64,000 nt of DNA from Hyphomicrobiaceae bacterium (GTDB taxonomy: Bacteria; Pseudomonadota; Alphaproteobacteria; Rhizobiales; Hyphomicrobiaceae): the NCBI GenBank assembly GCA_041687075.1, contig JAWLCO010000006.1, positions 243-64,242 of the forward strand, read 5' to 3'. Position 1 is the stretch's first letter; each line of letters begins with the position of its first letter. Both the position numbers and the translations under genes were made by a program. Below, one piece after another: positions 48,813 through 58,140 of this stretch. Below the pieces are notes generated by a model, which saw only the letters and a program-made list of their open reading frames with translations, made no database searches and was not told the DNA's origin.

Positions 48813-50138
48813 ATGGCACCACCCTTGAAACTCGGCATCGCCGGCCTGGGAACGGTCGGCACCGGACTTCTTCAGGCGCTCGATGCTCACGAGGATCGGC
48901 TGACCGCGACCCTTGGCCGTGAGATCAGGGTCGTTGCCGTTTCGGCGCGGTCCCGTGACAAGGACAGGGGTATCCGGCTCGAGCGCTTCAGGTGGGTGGC
49001 CGATGCCGTTCAGCTCGCGACCGATCCCGAGATCGACGTCTTCGTAGAGTTGATCGGCGGCGAGGGCGGCGTCGCGGCCGAGGCGGTCGAAGCAGCGCTC
49101 CGGGCCGGCAAGCATGTCGTGACGGCCAACAAGGCCCTGCTGGCGCGGCACGGCATCCGCATGGCGCACCTGGCCGAAGAGAAGGGCGTCGCCCTCAACT
49201 TCGAGGCGGCGGTCGCCGGCGGCATTCCCGTTATCAAGACCATTCGCGAGGCCCTGCTCGGGAACGAGATCAGCCGCATCTACGGCATCCTCAATGGCAC
49301 CTGCAACTACATCCTGACCACGATGGCGAAGGAGGGCCGGCCCTTTGCCGAGGTGCTGAAAGAGGCGCAGGAGAAGGGGTATGCCGAGGCCGATCCGACC
49401 TTCGACATCGGCGGCTTCGATACGGCGCACAAGCTTTCACTGCTGACGAGCCTGGCCTTCGGTACGGAGCTGGCCTTCGAGGACATCCACATCGAAGGTA
49501 TCGAGCACATCACGCCGGCGGACATCGAGGCGGCCGACGACCTCGGTTATCGGATCAAGCTGCTGGGCGTCGCGCTGCGCACGCCGAGCGGCATCGAGCA
49601 GCGGGTGCACCCCGCGATGGTGCCGAAGCATTCGGCGATCGCGGAAGTTTCCGGCGTCACGAACTGCGTCGCCATCGACGGCGATTTCGCCGGCGACCTG
49701 CTGCTGGTGGGCTCGGGCGCGGGGTCGAAGCCGACCGCCTCGGCTGTCGCCAGCGATATTGGCGACATCGCCCGCGGCCTCGTGCTGCCGCCATTCCTGA
49801 CGCCTGCGCGGCAGCTCCGGCCGTATGTCCGGGCCATGCTCGACCGGCACCAGGGCGCCTACTACGTGCGGCTCACCGTTTACGACCGGCCGGGCACCAT
49901 GGCGGCGATCGCCAGCCGCATGGCCGAGCAGGACGTGTCGATCGAGAGCATCGTGCAGCGCCGCCCCCGCTCGGCCTTGCCGGGCACGGGGACACGGCCG
50001 GTGCCGGGCACGCTGACGCCCGTCGTGCTCATCACTCATGAGACGACAGAGGAGGCGATGCGCAAGGCGCTGGCCGCCATCGAAAGCGACGGCAAGGTGT
50101 CCGAGGCACCGCAGATGATCCGGATCGAGAAACTTTGA
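48813..50138 (+). CDS. hom: Homoserine dehydrogenase
   Basis: LKLGIAGLGTVGTG Rossmann motif, catalytic domain (GILNGTCNYILT, EADPTFDIGGFD) and a C-terminal ACT domain. Confidence 0.95.
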   Translation: MAPPLKLGIAGLGTVGTGLLQALDAHEDRLTATLGREIRVVAVSARSRDKDRGIRLERFRWVADAVQLATDPEIDVFVELIGGEGGVAAEAVEAALRAGKHVVTANKALLARHGIRMAHLAEEKGVALNFEAAVAGGIPVIKTIREALLGNEISRIYGILNGTCNYILTTMAKEGRPFAEVLKEAQEKGYAEADPTFDIGGFDTAHKLSLLTSLAFGTELAFEDIHIEGIEHITPADIEAADDLGYRIKLLGVALRTPSGIEQRVHPAMVPKHSAIAEVSGVTNCVAIDGDFAGDLLLVGSGAGSKPTASAVASDIGDIARGLVLPPFLTPARQLRPYVRAMLDRHQGAYYVRLTVYDRPGTMAAIASRMAEQDVSIESIVQRRPRSALPGTGTRPVPGTLTPVVLITHETTEEAMRKALAAIESDGKVSEAPQMIRIEKL

Positions 50139-50179
50139 CCACGGCGGGACCGGGCAAACCGGTGATGGAGGAAGGCCCC

Positions 50180-51166
50180 ATGCTCAACGACCGAACCGAG
50201 GGATTGGATCGCGTGCTCGTCCTGGAGGTGGGGCGGGTAACCGAAGCGGCGGCCATCGCCGCTGCCAAGCTCCGCGGGCGCGGCAACGAGAAGGCGGCCG
50301 ACAAGGCAGCTGTCGATGCGATGCGCCGCGAGCTCAATCGCGTCCACATCCGCGGCCGGGTGGTGATCGGCGAGGGCGAGATGGACGAGGCGCCGATGCT
50401 CTACATCGGCGAGGAGGTCGGCGACGGAGAGGGGCCGGAGGTCGATATCGCCGTCGATCCGCTCGAGGGCACCACCATCTGCGCCAAGTCGATGCCGAAC
50501 TCGCTCGCCGTGCTGGCCATCGCGGAGCGCGGCGGGCTGCTGCACGCGCCCGACATGTACATGAACAAGATCGCGATCGGGCCCGGCTATCCCGAGGGGA
50601 TCATCGACCTCGATGCGTCCCCGGCCGATAACCTCAATGCCCTGGCAAAGGCGAAGGGCGTGCCGATCGGCGAGATCACTGCGTGCATTCTCGACCGGCC
50701 GCGGCATGCCGACCTGATCAAGGCCGTGCGCGAGGCCGGCGCGGCTGTGCAACTCATCCCCGACGGCGACATCGCCGGGGTCATCTGGACGACGGACCCC
50801 GAGGAGACCGGGATCGACATCTACCTGGGCTCCGGCGGCGCTCCCGAAGGAGTGTTGGCAGCGGCGGCGCTGAGGTGCATCGGCGGTCAGATGCTGGGAC
50901 GCCTGATGCCGCTCAAGGACGAGGAGCGCGAGCGTGCCGCCAAGATGGGCGCCGACGTCAACCGCAAGTATACGATGGAGGACATGGCCTCCGGTGACGT
51001 CATCTTCTCCGCGACCGGCGTCACCGACGGATCTCTGCTCGATGGCGTCCATTTCCGCGGCGACTTTGCCGAGACGGAAACGGTCATCATGCGCGCCAAA
51101 ACGGGGACCGTGCGCCGCATCAAGACGACGTTCCGCGACATCGGCACGAAACTCGCCGGGCTTTGA
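50180..51166 (+). CDS. glpX: Class II fructose-1,6-bisphosphatase
   Basis: EVGRVTEAAAIAAAKLRGRGNEKAADKAAVDAMR, VVIGEGEMDEAPML and DPLEGTT motifs. Start taken at MLND after GGAGGAAGG. Confidence 0.95.
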   Translation: MLNDRTEGLDRVLVLEVGRVTEAAAIAAAKLRGRGNEKAADKAAVDAMRRELNRVHIRGRVVIGEGEMDEAPMLYIGEEVGDGEGPEVDIAVDPLEGTTICAKSMPNSLAVLAIAERGGLLHAPDMYMNKIAIGPGYPEGIIDLDASPADNLNALAKAKGVPIGEITACILDRPRHADLIKAVREAGAAVQLIPDGDIAGVIWTTDPEETGIDIYLGSGGAPEGVLAAAALRCIGGQMLGRLMPLKDEERERAAKMGADVNRKYTMEDMASGDVIFSATGVTDGSLLDGVHFRGDFAETETVIMRAKTGTVRRIKTTFRDIGTKLAGL

Positions 51167-51192
51167 TGGAAACGGTGCAGCAGGCACTCACT

Positions 51193-52056
51193 TCACCTCT
51201 CCCGTGGGGAGAGGCCGGCCTGGAATTGATCGGAACTTTCACGAACGCGATCGAGCTTCAGGCCGAATGACGCAGCCGTTTCCTCGGTCATCGGCGCTCC
51301 ATTTTCGTTCACCGCCCGGGTGAATTCACGGCGCCAGCTGGTGAACGGTCCATGCGTTTCCGAATGGTTCTCTGACGTATTGATCAGATAATTATTCCGG
51401 GATGGCAGGCGAGCGAGAGAGGCGCCGAATTCGCTCGCCAATTCCGTCCAGCGGTAATGCTCGTGCAGAATGCGGTGCGGATCACGGCGGATTGGATCGC
51501 GATCGCCGGGTTTGAGGTGAGCGACGGTGCTCGAGCCGCAGATCTGATGAAACTCGCCGTGAAATATACGCGCGTCCGGCAGTGAAGCGGTACGTAACGT
51601 CCGGAAGTCCGTGGCAAAGCCCGCGGTAACGACGCCGCCGATATGATCGCGGCCGATGAGGGCCCGCGCGGTCGCCACAAGGCGCACGTCGACCCAGTCG
51701 TCGGCATCGACGAACATGAGCAGACCGCCGCCACGAGACATGACCAGCTCGTTGATGGCGTGCACCTTCCGGCCCCTGTCCAGATTGTCCCTGCGCTGCG
51801 GTTCCGGCGGCCAGTTCGCCTGGAGGAATTCGACCCGGTGATCACGGGGAAAGCCATGGGGCCGGTCGTGTCCGGCCACGATGACACGGAAATACTGATC
51901 CGATTGGGCCAGAATGGAATCGAGTGTCATCCGGAACAGGCACTCGATCAGCTCCCAGTTCCCGGCACTGGCGCGCGGCAGCAACGGAACGCCAAATGTG
52001 AACGGAGTTTTCGGGGCCAGGGCGAAACTCCTTGCGAGATCCGATCGAGCGAGCAC
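51193..52056 (-). CDS. GT-A fold glycosyltransferase (family 2-like)
   Basis: Pattern FGVPLLPRASAGNWELIECLFRMTLDSILAQSD...FRVIVAGHD...LLMFVDADDWV, including a DxD motif. Only the last 287 codons of the 506-aa ORF are plausible. GTG start at 52056 is tentative. GC3 is visibly lower than in neighbouring genes. Confidence 0.6.
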   Translation of the reverse strand: MLARSDLARSFALAPKTPFTFGVPLLPRASAGNWELIECLFRMTLDSILAQSDQYFRVIVAGHDRPHGFPRDHRVEFLQANWPPEPQRRDNLDRGRKVHAINELVMSRGGGLLMFVDADDWVDVRLVATARALIGRDHIGGVVTAGFATDFRTLRTASLPDARIFHGEFHQICGSSTVAHLKPGDRDPIRRDPHRILHEHYRWTELASEFGASLARLPSRNNYLINTSENHSETHGPFTSWRREFTRAVNENGAPMTEETAASFGLKLDRVRESSDQFQAGLSPRER

Positions 52057-52179
52057 CGGAGGAGGAATGGACGCCAGGTCGCTCGGTTCCCTTGGGAAAG
52101 CCCGGTGCCTTCGTGGAACCTGCCGGTAGCAGCCATGTTCATCGGGCGAGTGGAGTTCCGAGCGAAGAAGGAAACTCGG

Positions 52180-53658
52180 ATGCGCCCCCTGCCAGGAAAA
52201 CCCGAATGCTGCTGGACCGTCTCCGCGCCGGATACGAACTATCCCCGGCTCGAGGAGGAGCACTCCGTAGCGGTCGCCATCATCGGCGGCGGCATCGTGG
52301 GACTGACGGCTGCGCTGCAGCTTGCCAGGGCGGGCCAATCGGTCGCGGTCATCGAGGCGATGCGCGTTGGCCGGCAGGTGACCGGGCGCTCCACCGCGAA
52401 AGTCACCACGCAGCACCGTCTCATTTACGATCATCTGATCCGGACATTCGGCCGCGAGAAGGCGCAACTCTACGCGGATGCCAACCGGAGTGGCGCCGAG
52501 TTCATCGAAAACTGCGTCAGTGAATTCGTAATAGCGTGCGATTTCGAACGGCGCTCGGCCATGGCGTGGATCGAGGCCGACAAGGAAGGGCTCGCCGAGA
52601 TCGAGGCGGAAGCAGAGGCGGCCCTGAGCCTCGGGCTCCCAGCGGACGTGCTCGACCGCGCGCCCTTGCCGTTTCCGACCGGCGGCGCGCTGCGTTTCAT
52701 CGACCAGGCGCAATTCAACCCGGCGCTCTATTGCATCGGACTGGCGGGTGCAGTTTCCAGCTTCGGTGGACGAATTTTCGAGGAGTCCCGCGTCAAGTCC
52801 GTCGAACGCGAAGACCTATGGCGCATCCGCACGGATGCAGGTGAGATCCGCGCGGGCAGCGTGTTCATCGCGACGAACCTGCCGATTGCGGGGCAGGTGG
52901 ACTTCAGCCATCGCACCCAGGCACGCTGCCACACGGCAGCGGCGTTCCGTATTGCGGGCGAGCAGGCCCCCGGCGGCATGTTCATCTCAGTTGGGGAACC
53001 GACCCACTCCATTCGCACGGGCCGGGATAAAGACGGCCTCCTCCTGATCGTCCTCGGACCGCACTTCATAACCGGCCAGGAGGGCAACGTCGCGCGGCGC
53101 TTTCTCGAGCTTGAGGACTGGACGCGGGAGCGGTTCAAGGCCGGCGAATTGGTCTGGCGCTGGGTGAACGAGGACTACGACACCGCGGACCGGGTCGCCT
53201 ATGTCGGGGCTCCATCAGCGGACGAGCCCGGGCTCTACATCGCTACCGGGTTCAACGCCTGGGGGATCACCAATGGAACCGCAGCCGGGCTTCTCGTCGC
53301 CGACCAGGTGGTCGGCAAGGAGAATCCGTTTGCAACTCTTTATGATCCCACACGCCCGTTCCCGGAAGACTTCACCCAAGGCGGAAAGACCCAGAGCAGG
53401 GCTGCCGACGTCAATAGCATCCCGCCCGGCGAGGGTGGCGTCGTGCAAATTGGCGAGGATCAGATTGCCGTACACAAGACCATGAGTGGCATGGTGCGCG
53501 CCTTCTCGGCCTCCTGCACGCACCAGGGCTGCACCGTCACCTGGAACAACGCCGACAAGACCTGGGACTGTCCGTGCCATGGCTCCATCTTTGCTGCCGA
53601 TGGCTCGGTGATCCACGGCCCCGCCGTCGAGCCGCTCCCCTCCCGAAAGCTGCCATGA
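52180..53658 (+). CDS. FAD-dependent oxidoreductase fused to a C-terminal Rieske [2Fe-2S] domain
   Basis: VAIIGGGIVGLTAALQLARAG dinucleotide motif and C-terminal CTHQGCTVTW...CPCHGSIF Rieske ligands. Start taken at MRPLPGK. Confidence 0.85.
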   Translation: MRPLPGKPECCWTVSAPDTNYPRLEEEHSVAVAIIGGGIVGLTAALQLARAGQSVAVIEAMRVGRQVTGRSTAKVTTQHRLIYDHLIRTFGREKAQLYADANRSGAEFIENCVSEFVIACDFERRSAMAWIEADKEGLAEIEAEAEAALSLGLPADVLDRAPLPFPTGGALRFIDQAQFNPALYCIGLAGAVSSFGGRIFEESRVKSVEREDLWRIRTDAGEIRAGSVFIATNLPIAGQVDFSHRTQARCHTAAAFRIAGEQAPGGMFISVGEPTHSIRTGRDKDGLLLIVLGPHFITGQEGNVARRFLELEDWTRERFKAGELVWRWVNEDYDTADRVAYVGAPSADEPGLYIATGFNAWGITNGTAAGLLVADQVVGKENPFATLYDPTRPFPEDFTQGGKTQSRAADVNSIPPGEGGVVQIGEDQIAVHKTMSGMVRAFSASCTHQGCTVTWNNADKTWDCPCHGSIFAADGSVIHGPAVEPLPSRKLP

Positions 53659-53684
53659 TGAGCCTGGACGCTTGCGCTCGAGGA

Positions 53685-54068
53685 TCATTCCGCCGCCTCT
53701 CGCGCATGACGCGCGTCATAGGCGGCGCGAGAGTCTGCCACGCGGTCGTGGTTGGCAATCGCCCATTGCCCGAGGGCGCGCAGCGGCACCAGCAGATCCC
53801 GCCCCAGATCCGTCAGCTCGTAATCCACTTTCGGCGGGATCGTCGGGTAGACGGTCCGGATCACATAGCCGTCGCGCTCGAGTCCGCGCAGCGTCACCGT
53901 CAGCATCTTCTGCGAGATCCCATCGACCGACCGCTTGATGTCGCTGAAGCGCCTTTTGCCGCCCCCCAGCAGCACGATGATCAGCACGCTCCACTTGTCG
54001 CCGACGAGCGAGATGACGTCATTCACCAACTGACATTGACCGGGAAGGTAGCTCTCATTGGGTTCCAT
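53685..54068 (-). CDS. HxlR-family winged-helix transcriptional regulator
   Basis: VISLVGDKWSVLIIVLLGGGKRRFSDIKRSVDGISQKMLTVTLRGLERDGYVIRTVYPTIPPKVDYELT. Confidence 0.9.
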   Translation of the reverse strand: MEPNESYLPGQCQLVNDVISLVGDKWSVLIIVLLGGGKRRFSDIKRSVDGISQKMLTVTLRGLERDGYVIRTVYPTIPPKVDYELTDLGRDLLVPLRALGQWAIANHDRVADSRAAYDARHAREAAE

Positions 54069-54159
54069 CGAGGTGCCTTGGTTGCGAAAAGGTGCCTTCT
54101 TGCGGAAGAGAGCACAGTCTCGCATGTAGAGCCAGTCACTTTTTCACACGAGGTCTCCC

Positions 54160-54732
54160 ATGAAGACTGTTGCTGTCATCGTTGGCTCGTTACGCCGCGA
54201 GTCCATCAACCGCAAGTTCGCCGAAAGCCTGGGCCAGCTCGCAGGCGGCCGGCTGGCGTTCCGCTTCGTCGAGATCGGCGATCTGCCGCTTTACAATGAC
54301 GACCTCTGGGCCGATCCACCCCAGTCCGTGCTGCGTATGAAGCGGGAGGTCGAGGCCGCCGATGCCGTCCTGTTCGTCACGCCGGAGTACAACCGCTACT
54401 TCTCGCCCGCCATCAAGAACGCCATCGACTGGGGCACGCGTCCCTGGGGGCAGAATTCGTGGTCCGGCAAGCCCGCCGCCGTAATTGGCGCAACCCCGGG
54501 CGCAACGGGAACCTCGGCCGGCCAGAACTCGCTGAAGGCACTGCTGACCGTGGTCGATATGATCCTCATGGGCCAGCCCGAGGTCTACTTCACCTACAAG
54601 CCGGAGCTTTTCGACGAGAACGGCAATGTGGTCGAGGGGTCGACCCGCGAGTTCCTCAGCACCTGGATCGACCGTTTCGCTACCTGGATCGAGCAGACTG
54701 GGCACGCCCGCGGCAAAGCCAAGGCCGCTTGA
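54160..54732 (+). CDS. NADPH-dependent FMN reductase (ChrR/YieF-like)
   Basis: MKTVAVIVGSLRRESINRK and FVTPEYNRYFSPAIKNAIDW. Divergent from the HxlR regulator. Confidence 0.9.
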   Translation: MKTVAVIVGSLRRESINRKFAESLGQLAGGRLAFRFVEIGDLPLYNDDLWADPPQSVLRMKREVEAADAVLFVTPEYNRYFSPAIKNAIDWGTRPWGQNSWSGKPAAVIGATPGATGTSAGQNSLKALLTVVDMILMGQPEVYFTYKPELFDENGNVVEGSTREFLSTWIDRFATWIEQTGHARGKAKAA

Positions 54733-54886
54733 GGCTGCACCGCCAGCGCGGATCCTCACGCCAGCCCTCTTCCCGCCATCGGGGCGAGGGCAAAATCTTA
54801 GCAACTCTATGACTCGAGTGTTCTTCGATTCCGAAACTCGCTCCCGGCTTTGGCCTCGAACTCTGGTGAGCTTCGGAAGCGGGACG

Positions 54887-55954
54887 CTAGCCGCGATCGG
54901 CGCCGGGACAGAGTTGGAAGGCGCGGGCGAAGGCGGCTTCGCTTGAAGGAAATTCGCCGATGAGCGTTCCGCCGGGGGCGTGCGCGTTCATGTAGCTTTC
55001 CGTCATGGAGTCCTCGAACCCGTCGAGCACCCGGAGCGCCGTGTACTCGACGGCGTCCTGGGCGACATGGCGGATCAGCATGGTTTTCGTCCCGCCGTAG
55101 CTCGCCATCAGAACGCGACAGGCGCTGGGCTCTGCGGGCTGGGGGCGAGGCACGTTCGAGCGCACTGCCCGAGCCGGGCGCGGCGCAACGAGAGCCGTAG
55201 CGCCCGCCCGCGCCGTGGTCGTCTGCCAATCCGGGTCGCGCCGAGAGCGCTCTTCCGAGTCCCTCGCGATCTGATCCCCGCTGCAGTGAGCCTTGCGGAA
55301 GCGTTCGGCCGTCAGCTCGATCGAGCGCCCGTAGGCCCGGTCCGCCGCCCACTTGCCGACGAGATCCTGGAACGTGACGGGGCGCTTTCTCGACAGCGGC
55401 GCCGTCCAGGAGAGTATGTCGTCCTGCTTCGCCCGTGTGCGCTGCGCGACCGGATCAGGCACCCGCTCGCCGGAGTAGACGACGAGGTGCTCGAGCTGGG
55501 CTCTCACGCCAGTCGCGACGTCAGGAAAGCTGTTGCCCGGCACACCGCCGCCCGTTGCGCCGATGCCGGCAAAGTTGTTCTGCCGCGGATGTACGTCCCC
55601 GCGCTTGCCGTTCCCGCGGCGGTAGGTGAGATAGTTCGTTTCGATGAGCATCTGGAAGAAGGCGTAGTCCCACCGCACCCGCAGCGCCTCCCCGTGATGC
55701 TTGTACCAGGCGGCAATGTCGCTGAAGCTCGGGTCGAGATCGGTATTCCGGGCGCGGAGGAAGGCCATCAGCCGCTCGGGGGTCACGCAGGCCGGCACGG
55801 GATTGGCCGGGCCGCTGCGAATGGCGGGTGCGGCGAAGGCAGGGGTCGCCATAGCGGCCAACCCCGCCAGCAGGCATGCCGAGAGGGCCGCAGCCTGCGC
55901 CCAGGCTTGGCACGCGCGGCGCATCGCTCGAACCTGCATCAGCCTTCCGGACAC
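54887..55954 (-). CDS. Secreted glucosaminidase-domain protein, paralog 1
   Basis: Signal peptide present. WDYAFFQMLIETNYL...QNNFAGIGATG resembles the Glucosaminidase (FlgJ-type) domain. Shares a C-terminal Cys-bounded module with the upstream paralog. Alternative start at 55939 gives a TGATG overlap. Confidence 0.65.
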   Translation of the reverse strand: MSGRLMQVRAMRRACQAWAQAAALSACLLAGLAAMATPAFAAPAIRSGPANPVPACVTPERLMAFLRARNTDLDPSFSDIAAWYKHHGEALRVRWDYAFFQMLIETNYLTYRRGNGKRGDVHPRQNNFAGIGATGGGVPGNSFPDVATGVRAQLEHLVVYSGERVPDPVAQRTRAKQDDILSWTAPLSRKRPVTFQDLVGKWAADRAYGRSIELTAERFRKAHCSGDQIARDSEERSRRDPDWQTTTARAGATALVAPRPARAVRSNVPRPQPAEPSACRVLMASYGGTKTMLIRHVAQDAVEYTALRVLDGFEDSMTESYMNAHAPGGTLIGEFPSSEAAFARAFQLCPGADRG

Positions 55955-57135
55955 AGCTCGAAGGCCCGGTCGAGTGCGCTCAGCTGATTGGCAAATTCGC
56001 CGATGGTCTCCCCGCCCTTTGCATAGGCCGCGATGTAGGCCTCGGTCTCGCGCTTCTCACGGCCCTCGTTGACGTCGAGCACGGTATAGTTGATGAGACC
56101 GTCGCGCGCGGCCTTGATAATGATGGCCTTCTGGCCGCCGTAACTGGCCGTCCACACGCGGCACTTCGGCTTGGCGCTGTCCTTTGCCGCTGCAGCTGCC
56201 GCGGCACCGGCGGATGCGGTCTGCACCGTGGCGGGCTTGCCGGTGCTCGGCTCACCGCTCTGCCACGACTCCGAGATCGCCGTGTTGCGGTTCTGGGATA
56301 CCGCCGCCGCGGCCTTCCGGGTGGCGATGGACGTCGCCCCGAGGCTCGAGCGCGTGGCGCCTTCGGCCCGTGCCTTCTCGACATTGCGGCGGGCAAGCTC
56401 TGCGCCGGATACCTGCGTACGGGAGTCCGTCGAAGCCCCCGATGCGGCCGCGGTCTGCGCACTCCGCCCGCGGCGCGCCTCAGCCACGAGCTCCGGCCGC
56501 GGGTCCGGCCCGTTGCAGACACTATCGAAATAGGCCTGTGCGATCGCGTGCACCTTGCGTGCATAGCCACGGTCGCCGGGAGCCCACTTGCGGGACAGGT
56601 CCGTGAACGTTACAGGCCGGTTGAGCTGCTGCTGCCACTTGGTGAGGATGCCCCACTCCTGCACCTTGCGGGTCCGGTCGGCCACCGGGTTCTCGATCCG
56701 GTCGCCGGCATAAAGCAGCAGATGTTGCAGGTGGGCCTTCACGCCGCTGGCGATGTCTGGAAAAGCTTCACCCCGCTGGCCGCGTCCGGCTGCACCGAGC
56801 CCCGCAAAGTTATTCTGTGACGGGCGCACGTTGCCGGGCTTGCCATTGCCGCGCGTGAAGGAGAGATTGCCGGTCTCGAGCAGCATCTGGAAGAAGGCAT
56901 ACTCCCAGCGGACGCCGAGCTCCTCGCCGTAACGCATGTATTCCGTCGCGACGCCGTCGAAGCGCGGGTTCAGCGAGTCGTTGCGCTGCTTCAGGAACAT
57001 CATCAGCCGGCCCGGGGTAGCGCAGGCGGCGACCTGGTTTCCGGGTCCTGCCTTGATGGCGGGCATGGTTTGTGCCCCGGCGGGCAATGCCGTCCACGTC
57101 AGCAGCAATAATGAGGCAGCGGCTCGGCACTTCAT
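55939..57135 (-). CDS. Secreted glucosaminidase-domain protein, paralog 2
   Basis: Signal peptide MKCRAAASLLLLTWTALPAGAQT, WEYAFFQMLLETGNL...QNNFAGLGAAG, a Ser/Ala-rich linker, and the C-terminal module CRVWTASYGG...FELCPEG. Confidence 0.65.
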   Translation of the reverse strand: MKCRAAASLLLLTWTALPAGAQTMPAIKAGPGNQVAACATPGRLMMFLKQRNDSLNPRFDGVATEYMRYGEELGVRWEYAFFQMLLETGNLSFTRGNGKPGNVRPSQNNFAGLGAAGRGQRGEAFPDIASGVKAHLQHLLLYAGDRIENPVADRTRKVQEWGILTKWQQQLNRPVTFTDLSRKWAPGDRGYARKVHAIAQAYFDSVCNGPDPRPELVAEARRGRSAQTAAASGASTDSRTQVSGAELARRNVEKARAEGATRSSLGATSIATRKAAAAVSQNRNTAISESWQSGEPSTGKPATVQTASAGAAAAAAAKDSAKPKCRVWTASYGGQKAIIIKAARDGLINYTVLDVNEGREKRETEAYIAAYAKGGETIGEFANQLSALDRAFELCPEG

Positions 57136-57334
57136 GAGACCACGATACTCCGAACTCGTCATAATGCGCCCCGCACTCGGGCACGCGGTATCTCCATAGG
57201 GATTATGGCCATCAACCTTAAGGTCCGGTTGACGCCAGTGCTTATGTGAGACTTGCTAAGATGACGAACTTTCGGGCGCAAGTTGGGGCGCCGCGGGGTG
57301 GAATTGTGGCTTGCACGGCACAGTTCGAAAAAAT

Positions 57335-57679
57335 TCAGTAAACCGGCTTGCGGCGCACGATCTCGATACCTACCCCGGCGCAGGAGGGGAGCACGTCCGG
57401 CTTTTCGACCCGCACACGGGCCTTGTGCACCCGCCGGTCGGACAGGCAAGCCTGCGCGATCCGCTCGGCGAGCGTCTCGATCAGGTTGAAGTGGCCGCTG
57501 GCGAGCGCATCCTTTACGGCGCGGATGGCGACATCGTAGTCGTAGACGCCTGATATCTCGTCCGAGACGCCATCATACTCGTCGCGCACCGCGAGCTCCA
57601 GAGAGACAACCACCCGCTGCTCATAGCGGTGCTCGTGCTCGTAGACACCGACGCTGCCGATCAGCTCCAGCCCGCGCAC
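57335..57679 (-). CDS. folB: Dihydroneopterin aldolase
   Basis: Core sequence (V)RGLELIGSVGVYEHEHRYEQRVVVSLELAV...YDYDVAIRAVKDALASGHFNLIETLAERIA. The start is ambiguous: GTG 57679, GTG 57754, or the ATG 57913 of the fused SDR remnant. Confidence 0.8.
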   Translation of the reverse strand: MRGLELIGSVGVYEHEHRYEQRVVVSLELAVRDEYDGVSDEISGVYDYDVAIRAVKDALASGHFNLIETLAERIAQACLSDRRVHKARVRVEKPDVLPSCAGVGIEIVRRKPVY

Positions 57680-57786
57680 GAAAACGCGGCGCGATCCTGC
57701 AGGAAGATGCAGGTGCTCGGCTTCGGCGAGAGCCTCGTCGCTCCAGGGATCCACGTCCTCGGGCTCCGCAACTGCTGCTAAGGTCC

Positions 57787-58067
57787 CGGTTTCCAGGCCA
57801 AAATGGTGGCCGCCATCGAGACTGATCATCTGGCCGGTCATGGATGGAGCGTCAAGGACGAAGCGGGGGGCCGCGGCAATCTCGTCCGTGCCGGTCGGCC
57901 GCTTCAGTGACATCGCCTGCCGCTCGGTCTTGATGTCGGTCCGCTGCTGGCGCCGCTGTGGTGAGGAGCTGCGGGGCTGGCCAGAAGCTGTGCGATGCGC
58001 GCTTCCGTGTTCTCCGCCGCGGTAACGTATTGATCCATCAGAAGCGGCCGGATTTTTCCCCAGGCCG
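57787..58067 (-). pseudogene. 3' remnant of an SDR-family (FolM/pteridine reductase-like) oxidoreductase gene
   Basis: The same frame as folB reads ...QRRQQRTDIKTERQAMSLKRPTGTDEIAAAPRFVLDAPSMTGQMISLDGGHHF, a typical SDR C-terminus. No Rossmann or catalytic part exists upstream, where the space is taken by a plus-strand gene. Confidence 0.45.
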
Positions 58068-58140
58068 CTATTTCGGTGTGCTTGCGAGGGACCTGCAACA
58101 GCATTAACTCTGGCCGTGGCTGAACCTCGGGGCGCCTCTC

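Noticed and set aside
47080-48822. 580-aa minus-strand ORF
   Set aside because: It is antisense to the aminotransferase gene and the small lipoprotein, with no recognisable domain and an Arg-rich composition.
50036-51187. 383-aa minus-strand ORF
   Set aside because: It is antisense to glpX and the hom 3' end and is a shadow ORF.
51643-52179. N-terminal extension of the 671-aa plus-strand ORF, and the upstream part of the 506-aa minus-strand ORF (52057-52713)
   Set aside because: The two long ORFs overlap antisense. Motifs (GxGxxG, DxD) and codon bias support only 52180-53658 on the plus strand and 51193-52056 on the minus strand.
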